A stretch of 64,000 nt of DNA, from positions 324,006 to 388,005 of the forward strand of contig CAWHWM010000004.1 of NCBI GenBank assembly GCA_963833055.1, read 5' to 3'. Of this stretch, positions 11,649 through 22,379 are shown piece after piece (position 1 is the stretch's first letter; each line of letters opens with the position of its first letter). The notes beneath the pieces were generated by a model. That model saw nothing but the letters and a program-made list of their open reading frames with translations, did no database searches and had not been told where the DNA came from. Origin of the DNA: Candidatus Dormiibacterota bacterium. GTDB taxonomy: Bacteria; Chloroflexota; Dormibacteria; Aeolococcales; Aeolococcaceae. Made by a program: the position numbers and the translations under genes.

Positions 11649-11666
11649 GCGACAGGCAGCTGTCGC
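11649..11666. promoter_or_regulatory. Palindromic operator GCGACAG-N4-CTGTCGC, candidate WYL-regulator site
   Basis: Perfect 7-bp arms in the 53-bp divergent intergenic gap; resembles CGAC..GTCG / TGTCG motifs of DriD/PafBC-type regulators. Confidence 0.6.
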
Positions 11667-11688
11667 CGGGATGGTGGATCGTCGACGC

Positions 11689-11940
11689 ATGGACACAGAG
11701 CAACCGGATGGCGTGGACGCCGAGAGTGCGGGTGATGGGCCGTATCTTCGCCGCGCCAAGGCGCTGATCGCCGCTCGAGCCGATCTCTTTCGCGCGGGTC
11801 CACAGCGGTCCGCATGGCTCGCCGGCGTGTCCGGCCCGCCACAGGATCGCCCCACGGGACTCGCGCGAAAGGCGAGCCGCCAGCTCTCCCTGCCGCTGCC
11901 GCGCGAGCGTCAGCGCCGGCGAGCCAGGATGATGCGCTGA
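11689..11940 (+). CDS. Hypothetical 83-aa protein (MDTEQPDG...RQLSLPLPR...)
   Basis: ATG 6 nt after GATCGT -10-like hexamer; TGA overlaps ATG of the nuclease-helicase gene. Confidence 0.5.
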   Translation: MDTEQPDGVDAESAGDGPYLRRAKALIAARADLFRAGPQRSAWLAGVSGPPQDRPTGLARKASRQLSLPLPRERQRRRARMMR

Positions 11941-14900
11941 TGCGGTACCTCAAGGACGGCTGTCCGGTCTATACGGCCACCGACCTCTGCGACTACCTGG
12001 CGTGCGGGCACCTGGTGGCGCTGAAGCGGCGTGTCGCCAGCGGGGAGGTCATCGCCTCCGATCGATCCGCGCTGAGCGAGATCCTCGCCACCCTCGGCGC
12101 CGCTCACGAGTTGAGCCACCTCGAGGCACTTCGCGCCCGCGGGTTGACCGTCAAGGCGTTCGAGGATGAACGCGATCGGTACGCGAGCTCGGCCGCCGAG
12201 CTCCTCGCCAACGAAGCCGAGACTGTCGCTGCGATGGCCGCGGGGTACGACGTCATCTACCAGCCCACGTTCTTCGACGGGCGCTGGATGGGCCGGGCCG
12301 ACTTCCTGCTGCGCGTGGACACGCCGAGCGCGCGCTGGGGGTGGGGATATGAAGCGGCGGATGCGAAGCTCGCGCGTCGAGTCCGCTCCGAGGCGATCCT
12401 GCAGCTGTGCGAGTACTCGGCGCACATCGCGCGGTTGCAGGGATCCGCACCAGCGTCGATGCAGGTGATCCTCGGCGATGGTGTCGAACATCCATATCGC
12501 GTCGACGAATTCTCGGCATATCACGCCGGCGTGAAAGCCGACTTCGAAGCGGCGATGCTCGTCGAGCAGGACACATATCCGGATCCGGTTGAGCATTGCG
12601 GCACGTGCGGTTTTGCGGCGCGGTGCGCTGCGCAGCGAAAGCAGGATGACCACCTCTCCCAGGTCGCACGCATGCGCAGCGGCCAGGTGCTCGCGCTCAA
12701 GTCTGTTGGGATCGAGACGATGACAGCGCTTGCCGGGACGTCCGACAGCGTTGAGCCGCCGGCGCGGATGCACCCGTCCACCTTCAGCGAGCTGCGTGCG
12801 CAGGCCGCGTTGCAGCACCGAGGCCCGCACGCCGATGGCGCGCCACGACACGAGCTGATCGATGCCTGGGAGGTTGGTCACGGCCTCTGCGCGCTGCCGA
12901 GTCCCTCGGCAGGCGACATCTTCTTCGACATGGAGGGCGATGGCCTCGCTCGCGACGTGCCGCTGGAGTATCTCTTCGGCGCAGTCGACACGGATGGCCA
13001 GTACCACGCGTGGTGGGGTCACGACGATGCGGGCGAGCGACTCGCCTTCGAGGGATTCGTGGACTTCGCGATCGCGAAGCTGGACCGTTATCCCGACATG
13101 CACATCTACCACTACGCGGCGTACGAGAAGACGGCGTTGCGCCGGCTCATGAGCCGCCACGGCACGCGCGAGGAGGAAGTCGATCGCCTCCTGCGCAACG
13201 AGGTGCTGGTGGACCTGTACCGCGTCGTGCGTCAGGGCGTTCGTCTGTCCACCAACTCGTACTCGCTCAAGAAGGTCGAGCGTTTGTACATGCCGGCGCG
13301 CGAGGAGTCGATCGCCGATGCAGCCGGCAGCATGGTGATGTACGAGCGCTGGTTGACGAGCCGCGAGGACGGGAGCGATGGCGACGGCAGGCTGCTCGAC
13401 GAGATCGCGCTATACAACCAGCGTGACTGCGTCTCCACCGCGCAATTGCGCGACTGGCTCGAGGCACAACGGGTGGAGGAGGAGCGGCTTCGCGGTGCTC
13501 CGATCGAGCGTCCGCCGCTGAAGGATCGCGCCGCGAGCGACGCCGTCCATTCGAGGGTCGTGGCGACGCAGGAGGTCGCCGCCGCTCTGATCGACAGCGT
13601 CCCCACAAGCCGGAAGAGCAGTCCGCGGACGAACGAGCGCGGTGGTTGCTCGCGCCCCTGCTCTCGTATCACCGTCGGGAGAACAAGGTGAACTGGTGGC
13701 GCATTCTACGACCAGCTCGCCATGAGCCCGAGGAGCTCGAGCGCGACACGTATGCGCTCGGTCCGTTGACGATGATCGGCGCCCATGAGGACGGCAAGCG
13801 CGTCATCGAGCGGTATCGGTTCGAACCGCAGGAGCACCGGATCTCGCTGGGCGACAATCCTGTCGATCCGGAGGCCGAGACCGGCCCAGGTCTCCGATCG
13901 CGGCGAGGTCACCGAGCTCGATTCCGCGCATGGCCTGATCACGCTGTCGCGCACGCCGGCCAGATGGCGCGCGGAGCTGTCCGCTTCCTGATCCCGTCGG
14001 CGCCGTTCGGGACCGATGCGCAGGAGGATGCGCTGCTCGATCTCGGTCGCTGGGTCGCCGCAAACGGTCCGAACGGCCCCGGCCGAAATCGGGCCGGCCG
14101 CGATCTGCTCATGCGTCTCCCGCCCAGACTGAGCGGCGGGGATGGACATGTGCGCTTCGCAGCCAGGAGAGACTGCGGCCGAAGCTGCGATTCGCTTGAT
14201 ACAGAGCCTGCAAGGTGGATGCCTGCCGGTGCAGGGTCCTCCCGGTGCCGGGAAGACGCATATGGCGGCGCTCGCGGCGCTGCGCTCTGATCGCGGCCGG
14301 GCGAACCCCCATCGGGGTGACGGCCGTCACGCACAACGCCATTCGCACGCTGCTGGTGAAAATCGAGGAGCTGGCGCCGTCACTCGGCATGACGGTCCGG
14401 CTCAGCTCCACAAGAGGGACGGCGCCGGCACCGCGGGTCATCCAGGTCGCCAGCGCGAACAAGACGGTCGACGCCGCCGTCGCCGACGGCGCGGTCGATG
14501 TCGTCGGTGGAACGTCATGGCTGTTCTCGCGCCCCGAGCTCGAAGCGCAGTTCGACACGCTGATCGTCGATGAGGCGGGCCAGATGTCACTCGCGGACGC
14601 GCTCGCGGTATCGCAAGCCGCCGGCAACCTCGTCCTGGTTGGCGATCCGCGCCAGCTGGCGCAGCCGCTGCAGGGGAGTCACCCCCGGGAGTCGGCGTCT
14701 CGGCCCTCGACCATCTGCTGGCGGGCGACGTGACCATCGCACCGGATCGAGGGGTGCTCCTCGACCTCACCTGGCGGATGCATCCGGACGTCACCGATTT
14801 CGTCTCGCGCTCCTTCTACGAGGGACGACTCGGCGCGGAACCCCAATGTGCAGAACAGGCAGTCGTCATGGAAGGGATCGAGACCACCGGACTGCGCACG

Positions 14901-15401
14901 TCGTTCGTCACGCACGCCGGCGATCGCGTGAGATCCGATGCCGAGGCCGAGTCCGTGCGGGAGATCATCGAGGAGCTCACCAGGGCGACGTGGCGGGATG
15001 ACACCGGCCAGGAAAGACCGATCACCCTCGCGGACATCGTCGTGGTGGCTCCATACAACGCCCAGGTCGCGTGCCTGGTCGAAGCCCTCGATGCGGGCGC
15101 GCGCGTCGGCACCGTTGATCGCTTTCAGGGTCAGGAGGCGGCGGTGAGCATCTTCTCGATGGCGACATCCAGCGTCGAGGACCTGCCCAGAAACCTCGAG
15201 TTTCTGTTCAGCCTCAACCGCCTCAACGTGGCCGTGTCACGGGCGCGCGGGTTGTCCGTGCTCGTCTGCTCGCCAGAGCTCCTTCGCGCGCGCTGCCACA
15301 CGCCCGAGCAGATGCGCCTCGTGAACGCACTCTGCCGCTACGTGGAGATGGCCAGGCCGTGGAGCGTTGCTCCGGTGGAGCCCGTTATGCTCCCGGCATG
15401 A
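11940..15401 (+). CDS. TM0106 family RecB-like nuclease fused to RNase H-like and DNA2/NAM7 (SF1) helicase; several frameshifts
   Basis: TATDLCDYLAC, GRADFL, DAKLAR..QL, FFDMEG, YSLKKVE, YNQRDC, QGPPGAGKT, IVDEAGQ, VGDPRQL, GTVDRFQGQE, NRLNVAVSRA across track ORFs 11814-15401. Confidence 0.88.
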
Positions 15402-16111
15402 CCACTGGATCGCTGAGCGAGCGTCTTGTGCAGTCCCTCGAGGCCGCCCGTGAGAAGGAGGCCGCACTCCTTGTGCTGTGCGACGACACTCCGTCGACAG
15501 AGGAGGGCCGGTGGACCGTGAAGGACAACATCGCGCACCTCAACACATGGCGCGAGCACGCCGTTCACACGCTCGACGCCGTTCGCCTCGGCAAGCCCGT
15601 CGAAGGTCCTGTGAATGAGAGCGACCTCGACCCTCGCAACGCGGAGATCTATGAGGCGCACCGGCACGACTCTGCTGACGAGGTGCGCGCTGCACACGCC
15701 GCGACCTACGCCGCGCTGATCGAGGCCGTCCGTGCCTGCACGGAAGAGGATCTGCTCCGCGAGCGACCCGACAACGGTGGCGCGGTGTGGCTGGTCGTCC
15801 CGGGAAATGGCCACGGTCACGTCGCGCAACATCTGTCGTACCTGGCTGCCGAGAACGGAGACCCGGCAGGCGCGGAGAGCGCGGCGAAGTGGGCGCACGA
15901 CCTCGACACGGAGCTCTTCCCAGGGGATCGTCCGATCGCCGACTACAACTTCGCATGCTTCTACGCGCGCAACGGCCGTGCCGACGAAGCGCTGCCGCTG
16001 CTGCAGGAAGCGCTGCGAGCGCGACCCGAGCTGCGGACGTTTGCGGTGGAGGATGCGGACTTTGCGCCGATCCGCGAGGATCCCCGCCTGCAGAGCCTTC
16101 TTCGCGTCTGA
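15398..16111 (+). CDS. DinB/ClbS-like four-helix protein with C-terminal TPR
   Basis: WTVKDNIAHL..W, GHVAQH; YNFACFYARNG..EAL TPR; ATGA overlap with helicase. Confidence 0.75.
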   Translation: MTTGSLSERLVQSLEAAREKEAALLVLCDDTPSTEEGRWTVKDNIAHLNTWREHAVHTLDAVRLGKPVEGPVNESDLDPRNAEIYEAHRHDSADEVRAAHAATYAALIEAVRACTEEDLLRERPDNGGAVWLVVPGNGHGHVAQHLSYLAAENGDPAGAESAAKWAHDLDTELFPGDRPIADYNFACFYARNGRADEALPLLQEALRARPELRTFAVEDADFAPIREDPRLQSLLRV

Positions 16112-16447
16112 GTGGTCGACAACGAGCCGTTGCCCGAGGTTCCCGAGGGCTACACAGCTCGTCAGGTCCCATACGGGGTCACCTGTCCTGCCTGTAACGG
16201 ATCCGGCCGCCAGGGCGGTCAGACCTGTCCCGAATGCAGCGGTGCCAAACGAGTTGCCGCGATGCGCTGGGAGGTGGTGACGATTGCCCAGGTGCGAGAG
16301 GAGCGACGCAAGCGTGTGCGCGCCCGCGCCATCGCGCTCCTCGTCGTCATCGTGTTCCTCATCGGCGTCTATGCGCTGATTCATGCCGCCGCCACCGGAA
16401 GCTGCGCGCCATCGCCGGGATTGTTCGACTGGCCCTCAGGGTGTTAG
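16112..16447 (+). CDS. Small membrane protein with DnaJ-like CxxCxGxG zinc finger
   Basis: CPACNGSG...CPECSGAK, then a basic stretch and one TM helix. Confidence 0.6.
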   Translation: MVDNEPLPEVPEGYTARQVPYGVTCPACNGSGRQGGQTCPECSGAKRVAAMRWEVVTIAQVREERRKRVRARAIALLVVIVFLIGVYALIHAAATGSCAPSPGLFDWPSGC

Positions 16448-16517
16448 TCGAGGGGCCCTGACCGAGTCGGTCGACGCTTGTGAGGTCGTGTCGTTCGGCG
16501 CGGTAGCGGCCCGCAGC

Positions 16518-17564
16518 CTACGTCGCCGAATAGTATTCGGCGACAGCCCGAAAGGCTTCTTTCGGCTCCCACCTCATGTCGGGGTAGGTCGTGCCATGCC
16601 TGCCATCGTCAAAGTACTTCACGAGGTTTGAGCTGATCCTGTCCAGGTCGTACTTTGGCGTATCACTGTATGTGTAGGTGGGGAGGGTGAAGGTGTCCAT
16701 AAACGCGCCATGGAATCCGGCTTCGTCAAGGAGCTTGAGGTTGTTCACCAGGCGTTGCGCTTGCAACGCCTCATCTCGCTCTTTGACCACTTTGACCTTG
16801 GGTCTGACGAATCGTCCTATCCCGGGCTGTTGATGCAGCAGGATTCGGAAGAAAGGGAGGTCACCCAGCGTTCCCAGCATTCCGGTGACCGGTCCAGTTG
16901 TCGTGCTGAAACCGAACCCTGTGTTGACAACCGGCTTGCCGAATGTGAACAAGGGCTTGACCATCTCGATGTATTGGTCTTGGATCCGATCGGCCAGGTA
17001 ATGGTCGACGCCGATGATGTCGAACGGGCTCCAATCGACACGCTCCCACGGTAGCGATCGGTACATGACCGGTCCGGTGAATACGCGACGTACTTCCGCA
17101 GCCGCTCTGCCGAGAAAGTCATTCAGTGGCTGATTGTGCTGGCCTGTCTTGATAACGTCTGTCCTGAAGACGGTGCTCGCTCGCTGCCGAAACGACTTGC
17201 CTGGCACGATCCCTTGCATGAAGAGCGTGAATTCGGAACCGATGCTGAGGACCACCTTGCCGGGGTAGCGTTCATGGAGTGGCTGGGCTGCCTGAGCCGC
17301 TTGCGTGATGTAGGCAAGCGTGGCATCAGGGGGCTTATCGCTCCAGTCTGCGGGGTTGAGCCAGGCTTCAAGGCCTTGACGTATCGCGGCTTCAGCTGTG
17401 AGCAGCACACGATCAATGTGTTTCCCGCTGATACCGACAGCATTGCAGTGCAGGTCACTCTTGATGATCTCCAGCTCCCGTTCAACGACCTTTGGGTCGT
17501 AGTCGGGTCGCCAGTCGACCCCCATCACCGTGCCAACGTCGTAGTTGACACCCTTTATCTGCAT
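16518..17564 (-). CDS. Hypothetical TIM-barrel/glycoside-hydrolase-like protein (lower GC)
   Basis: KGVNYDVG...DLHCNAV...WEPKEAFRAVAEYY; DNA visibly more AT-rich than flanks. Confidence 0.6.
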   Translation of the reverse strand: MQIKGVNYDVGTVMGVDWRPDYDPKVVERELEIIKSDLHCNAVGISGKHIDRVLLTAEAAIRQGLEAWLNPADWSDKPPDATLAYITQAAQAAQPLHERYPGKVVLSIGSEFTLFMQGIVPGKSFRQRASTVFRTDVIKTGQHNQPLNDFLGRAAAEVRRVFTGPVMYRSLPWERVDWSPFDIIGVDHYLADRIQDQYIEMVKPLFTFGKPVVNTGFGFSTTTGPVTGMLGTLGDLPFFRILLHQQPGIGRFVRPKVKVVKERDEALQAQRLVNNLKLLDEAGFHGAFMDTFTLPTYTYSDTPKYDLDRISSNLVKYFDDGRHGTTYPDMRWEPKEAFRAVAEYYSAT

Positions 17565-17568
17565 CGAT

Positions 17569-18358
17569 CTATTCCGGTTTGAGTCGCTGGACGAAGAGCG
17601 ATTGCATGGCATGGCCGATGGGTCGCGTGTTCATCGTACAGACGGCTGTACGCGACTCCCCGACCTTGCTGCGCGTTGATGTCCGTCGACGCGTCAAGCC
17701 CGATCCACTCTCCCTGCGGCGTGTAGGGCAGGGAAACGGTCAAGTCCGTGTTGATGAACAGGAACTTCCCCCACGGCAGCGCCGATGCGACACCGTTGCC
17801 GAAGTCAGCCGCTGCAAGCGTTCGTTGGACCGGCGTCGGAGTCTGACCTTCGATGAGCGGAACCGCGAGACGCATCCACACGGTCGCCGGCCCCACCTCG
17901 ATGAACGAGCCGCGCGCGTAACGCATCTCCATCCCGGTGCGGTGAAACGCCGGATCGTCGCTTTCGGGCACGTGCGCGACCGAGTCGGCGGGTCCCGCGA
18001 ACGGCACCGTCAGCGCCGGCTGCTCGCCAAGGTCGAGGTCAGCGATGCGCATGCGCCACGCGGTGGCGCGACAGAGCTCCGTGTTGCCGTCGGTCAGCGT
18101 TGCCGTCAGCATCTGCACGCGGTGTCCGGGGCGCTCGATGCGCGCAGCGACCTCGACCGGTCGAAGCGGCACCGGCCGGAAGATCTCCACCGTCATCCGG
18201 ACGACGGCCATCGGCGAGTCGGTGGGAAGCGCCTCCATCACAGCAGCCATCAGGGCTGACGGCGGGCCGCCGTGCATGGCGCCGCGATCCCACGGACCCC
18301 GCGCGTGGTCGCTCGGCACGTAGCCGCGTTTGTGAGGCGTGAACAGGGCATCAGACAT
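17569..18358 (-). CDS. Thioesterase family (double hotdog), frameshift near 3' end
   Basis: GPWDRGAMHGGPP, AAADFGNG, FINTDLT. Confidence 0.85.
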
Positions 18359-18426
18359 GCGCGCATCGTGCATGAAGTGAGGCATCCGGCGGATCGGGAT
18401 TCGAGCCGCCTGCTACGCTCGGTGGC

Positions 18427-19278
18427 GTGGCGGTCAAACACACGACCATCGCGGCTCGGGGCTTGCGCTTCGACGCGCTCACCGCGGGGCCGGCCTCCGG
18501 TGAGCTCGTCCTGCTGCTCCACGGCTTCCCGCAGACTGGATCCTGCTGGCACGACGCCCTGGACGGTCTGGCAGACGCCGGATACCGGGCAGTTGCCCCG
18601 AGCCAGCGCGGATACTCCGAAGGCGCGCGACCCGAGGGTGTCGAGGCATATCGGGTCACCGAGCTCTGCGAGGACGTGCTCGCGATGGCGGCAGCGCTCG
18701 ACAGCAAACGATTCCACGTCGCCGGCCACGATTGGGGTGGGACCGTCGCCTGGGCATTGGCGGGTGACCATCCGGAATCCGTGGCGTCGCTCACCGCCGT
18801 CTCAACACCGCACACGGCTGCGTTGCGGGACGCGCTGCGCGGGCCGCAGCAGCGCCTGCGGATGGCGTACGTCCCGGTGCTTCGCCTGCCGATCATCCCC
18901 GAGTCGCTGATCGACGCCGGCGGCGGACTCGCCGCCGAGTCCCTGCTGACCGCCACCGGCCTCAGCCCGGCGCACGCGCATCGCGATATCAAGGCACTGC
19001 GCAAGGTCGGGGCGACGGGACCGCTCAACTGGTACCGCGCACTCGGCACCGAACGCGGCCATGCCGCACCAGTCTCCGTGCCGGTGCTGCACGTCTGGGG
19101 CGACCACGACCCGGTCTTCACTCGCGAGGCCACCGATCTCTCGGCTGAGCACTGCACCGGCGACTACCACCTGCTCGAGCTCGAAGGCGGGTCCCACTGG
19201 ATCCCCGATGAGCACTGGGCGGACGTTGCCGACGTCTTCCTGGACCATCTCGCGGCCAACCCCGTCGACGCCGGCTGA
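18427..19278 (+). CDS. Alpha/beta hydrolase (epoxide hydrolase-like)
   Basis: LHGFPQ, GHDWGG, NWYRA, HWIP. Confidence 0.9.
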   Translation: MAVKHTTIAARGLRFDALTAGPASGELVLLLHGFPQTGSCWHDALDGLADAGYRAVAPSQRGYSEGARPEGVEAYRVTELCEDVLAMAAALDSKRFHVAGHDWGGTVAWALAGDHPESVASLTAVSTPHTAALRDALRGPQQRLRMAYVPVLRLPIIPESLIDAGGGLAAESLLTATGLSPAHAHRDIKALRKVGATGPLNWYRALGTERGHAAPVSVPVLHVWGDHDPVFTREATDLSAEHCTGDYHLLELEGGSHWIPDEHWADVADVFLDHLAANPVDAG

Positions 19279-19288
19279 ACCCGGTCCG

Positions 19289-20356
19289 ATGAGCGGGATC
19301 GAGGTCACCGGCACCGCACAGCGGCAGTCCTGGGAAACGACGGGGGTCCTTCCGGACGTCGAGCGGGTCCGCCCGGGGCTCTGGTCGATCCCGGTGCCGA
19401 TCCCGAACAACCCGCTCCGCTACGTGCTGGTGTACCTGCTGGAGCTGCGTTCCGGCGCGGCCGTCATCGACACAGGCTGGAACACCGAGGAGGCATGGAG
19501 CGCGCTCGCGGCCGGGATGGCCGTGGCGGGATACACACCCGCGGACGTGCAGGCAATCCTCATCACCCACATCCACCCCGACCACTACGGCCTTGCCGGC
19601 CGGCTGCGCGAAGCCTCGGGAGCGTGGGTGGCGGTGCACCCCGCGGACGCGGCGTTGATCACCTCGCGATACGGCGACGGCACCGAGCGGCTGCTCGCGA
19701 GCATGGATGCGCTGCTCATCGACGCCGGTGTTCCCGATGAGATGCGCGCAGAGCTCACCGCGGCGTCGATGGGCATCCGCGAGTTCGTCGCCGCGGTGGA
19801 ACCGGATGTCCTCCTCGAGGATCGCGCTCCGGTGCCGCTTCCGGGGTGGGATGTGGTCACGCTCCATACCCCCGGCCACTCGCCGGGACACGTCTGCTTT
19901 CACGATCGCGCGGGACGGATGCTCTTCAGCGGCGACCACGTGCTGCCCCGCATCAGCCCGAGCGTCGCCGTCCACGTCCAGCAGCCGGTGAACCCGCTGG
20001 CCGACTTCCTCGACGCGCTCCGCGGCATTCGCGACCTCGATGTCGACGAGGTCCTCCCGGCCCACGAGTGGCGGTTTCGCGGCCTCGACATCCGCGTGGA
20101 CGACCTGCTCGAACACCATCGCCGCCGGCTCGAGGAGACCTACGCCGCGATCAGCGGCACGCCCGGACTCACCTGCTGGGAGACAACGCTGCGGCTGCGG
20201 TGGTCAAGGGACTGGAGTCAGATCGTCGGCTTCATGCGGCGAGCGGCACTCGGGGAGACGCTGGCGCATCTCGTCCTGCTGGAGAGCTCCGGCCGGGTGC
20301 GGCGCGACGCCGCCCAGCCCGTCCACTGGTTTCCGGCGGACGCCTCAGGCGGGTAA
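19289..20356 (+). CDS. MBL-fold metallo-hydrolase
   Basis: THIHPDHYG, TPGHSPGH, GDHVLP, PAHE. Confidence 0.9.
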   Translation: MSGIEVTGTAQRQSWETTGVLPDVERVRPGLWSIPVPIPNNPLRYVLVYLLELRSGAAVIDTGWNTEEAWSALAAGMAVAGYTPADVQAILITHIHPDHYGLAGRLREASGAWVAVHPADAALITSRYGDGTERLLASMDALLIDAGVPDEMRAELTAASMGIREFVAAVEPDVLLEDRAPVPLPGWDVVTLHTPGHSPGHVCFHDRAGRMLFSGDHVLPRISPSVAVHVQQPVNPLADFLDALRGIRDLDVDEVLPAHEWRFRGLDIRVDDLLEHHRRRLEETYAAISGTPGLTCWETTLRLRWSRDWSQIVGFMRRAALGETLAHLVLLESSGRVRRDAAQPVHWFPADASGG

Positions 20357-21771
20357 CCGCGCCGTCCCGGCCGACCTCGACCAGACGACGCTGATCGCAC
20401 CGGCGAGGATGGCGATCGCCATGAGGAGGAGGCCAACCGAGGTGATGCCGCGCCCGGTGGCGAACACGAGCGACGTCAGCGCCACGCCGAGCGCGGTGCC
20501 GAGACCTCGGGCCATGTTCAAGAGACCCCCCGCCGCACCCGCGCGGTTCGGCGGCGCGGCAAACATCGTGGCCGCGTTGTTCGCCGCGACGAAGAGCCCC
20601 ATGCCCGCGCCCGTCACGGCGAGACTGACCACCGTCAGATCCGCTCGGGTTGCCGACGCGGTGAGCAGGCCCATCCCGGCTGCCACCACGGCCATGCCCG
20701 CCCCGGTCGGCACCCGGGGCCCGATCCGGTCGCGAATCCAACCGCCGAACGGGCGCGACGATGGCCAGCGCCAAAGGCAGCGCGGTGAGCTCGAAGCCGG
20801 CCGCCGTCGGCCCGAAATGGCGTTCTTTCACGAGGTAGAAGGGAACGGCCACCAGGCAGCCGAAGAGGATCACGTACGACAGCAGGGCCGCGATGATGCC
20901 CGCATCGAACGCGGCGACGCGGATGAGCGCCGCATCGATCATGGAACCGGGAACCCGCCGCTGCCGGGCGATCGCCCCGACCAGGAGCACAGCCGGTCAC
21001 GGCGAACAGCGACGGCTCTGTCCAGGCGGGGGTGCCCGCCTCCGCCGCGAACGAGAGCGCCGCCAGCAGCGCTGCCGGTATCGCGGCGAGCAGCAGCGTC
21101 CCGTACGGATCGATACGACTCTGCGGGTCGTGGTGCGTGCTTCTCGGCAGGAGGAACCACCCGAGCGCCAGGCCCACCAACCCGAACGGGATGTTCACCA
21201 GGAAGATGAGGCGCCAGCCGCCCAGCCCGGTGAGAATGCCGCCGAGCGCCGGGCCGACGCTCAGCCCCACCGCCTGTGCCGCACCCTGGATGCCGAGGCC
21301 GGTGCCGAGCCGGGCCGGTGGCAGCACGTCGCGGATGAGCGCGTAGGAGTTTGCCTGCAGCATCACGGCGCCGGCGGCCTGGACGAGGCGCGCGGCGACG
21401 AGGAACCCCAGTGACGGCGCCTGCGCGCAGGCGGCGGATCCGACGACGAAGATGCCGAAGCCGTAGGTGTACAGGAGCTTGCGCCCGATCCGATCAGCGA
21501 TCTTGCCCACTGCGGCGACCGTTCCCGCGAGCACGAGCACATAGATCAGCACCACCCATTCGACACTTGCGATGGATGCGTGTAGGTTGGAACGGATGAA
21601 TGGGAGCGCTGTGGTGACGATGCTGGCGTCCAGCTGCCCCATGAACGCCCCAACGCAGACAGTCCCCACAGCGAGCCACGGAGCGGCCGGCAACTCCCTG
21701 ATGCGCGCCGGACGGCGGGGTTCGGTGAGAATTCGCGGGGTGACGCGACGAGGCGCCTCCGGATCACCCAC
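20345..21771 (-). CDS. DHA2-type MFS efflux transporter (frameshifts near 20990 and 20750)
   Basis: FMGQLDASIV, GKIADRIGRK, WRLIFLVNIPFG; pieces in three frames. Confidence 0.85.
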
Positions 21772-21972
21772 GCGTGGTCGAGCCTTTGTCGCTCGTCGCG
21801 CGTCCGGGTGCCCGCCATGTGGACATCATCCAGCACATCCCGGGTCACGACGGCGCTCGCCGGCGGCATATGTCTCCACCCGGTGACGGAACGATGGTCA
21901 GTGAGATCAGATCCGTCCTGCGCTCGATACTGCGATGACGCACCTGTCCACGCGCCCGGAGGGCCGCACCCG

Positions 21973-22362
21973 TTGACCCAGCAGCGCATCCTTCTCGCTG
22001 ACGACGAACCGCGCCTGCTGCACGTCGTCGGGCTGTATCTCGGCATGGAAGGATTTGAGGTGACCGAGGTGGCCGATGGCACCGAGGCCATCGCCGCACT
22101 CGAGACGCAACAGTTCGACCTCGCGATCCTCGACGTGATGATGCCCGGTGTCGACGGGATCGAGGTATGCCGGCACATCCGCTCGCAACCGCGCACGCAG
22201 GCCATGCCGGTGCTCGTCTTCACCTCGCTGTCGGCGGACGCGGACGTCGAGCGGGCGCGACTCGCCGGCGCGAATCATCTGATCACCAAGCCCTTCAGCC
22301 TGCCGGGGTTGGGCGCGGTGGTCCGCTCCTGCTTCACGGACGCACCCGCCCTCACCGGCTGA
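21973..22362 (+). CDS. Single-domain response regulator receiver
   Basis: ILLADDE, ILDVMMPGVDG, KPF; TTG start after GGAGGG. Confidence 0.85.
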   Translation: MTQQRILLADDEPRLLHVVGLYLGMEGFEVTEVADGTEAIAALETQQFDLAILDVMMPGVDGIEVCRHIRSQPRTQAMPVLVFTSLSADADVERARLAGANHLITKPFSLPGLGAVVRSCFTDAPALTG

Positions 22363-22379
22363 TCGGTTCGGGATCGGCC

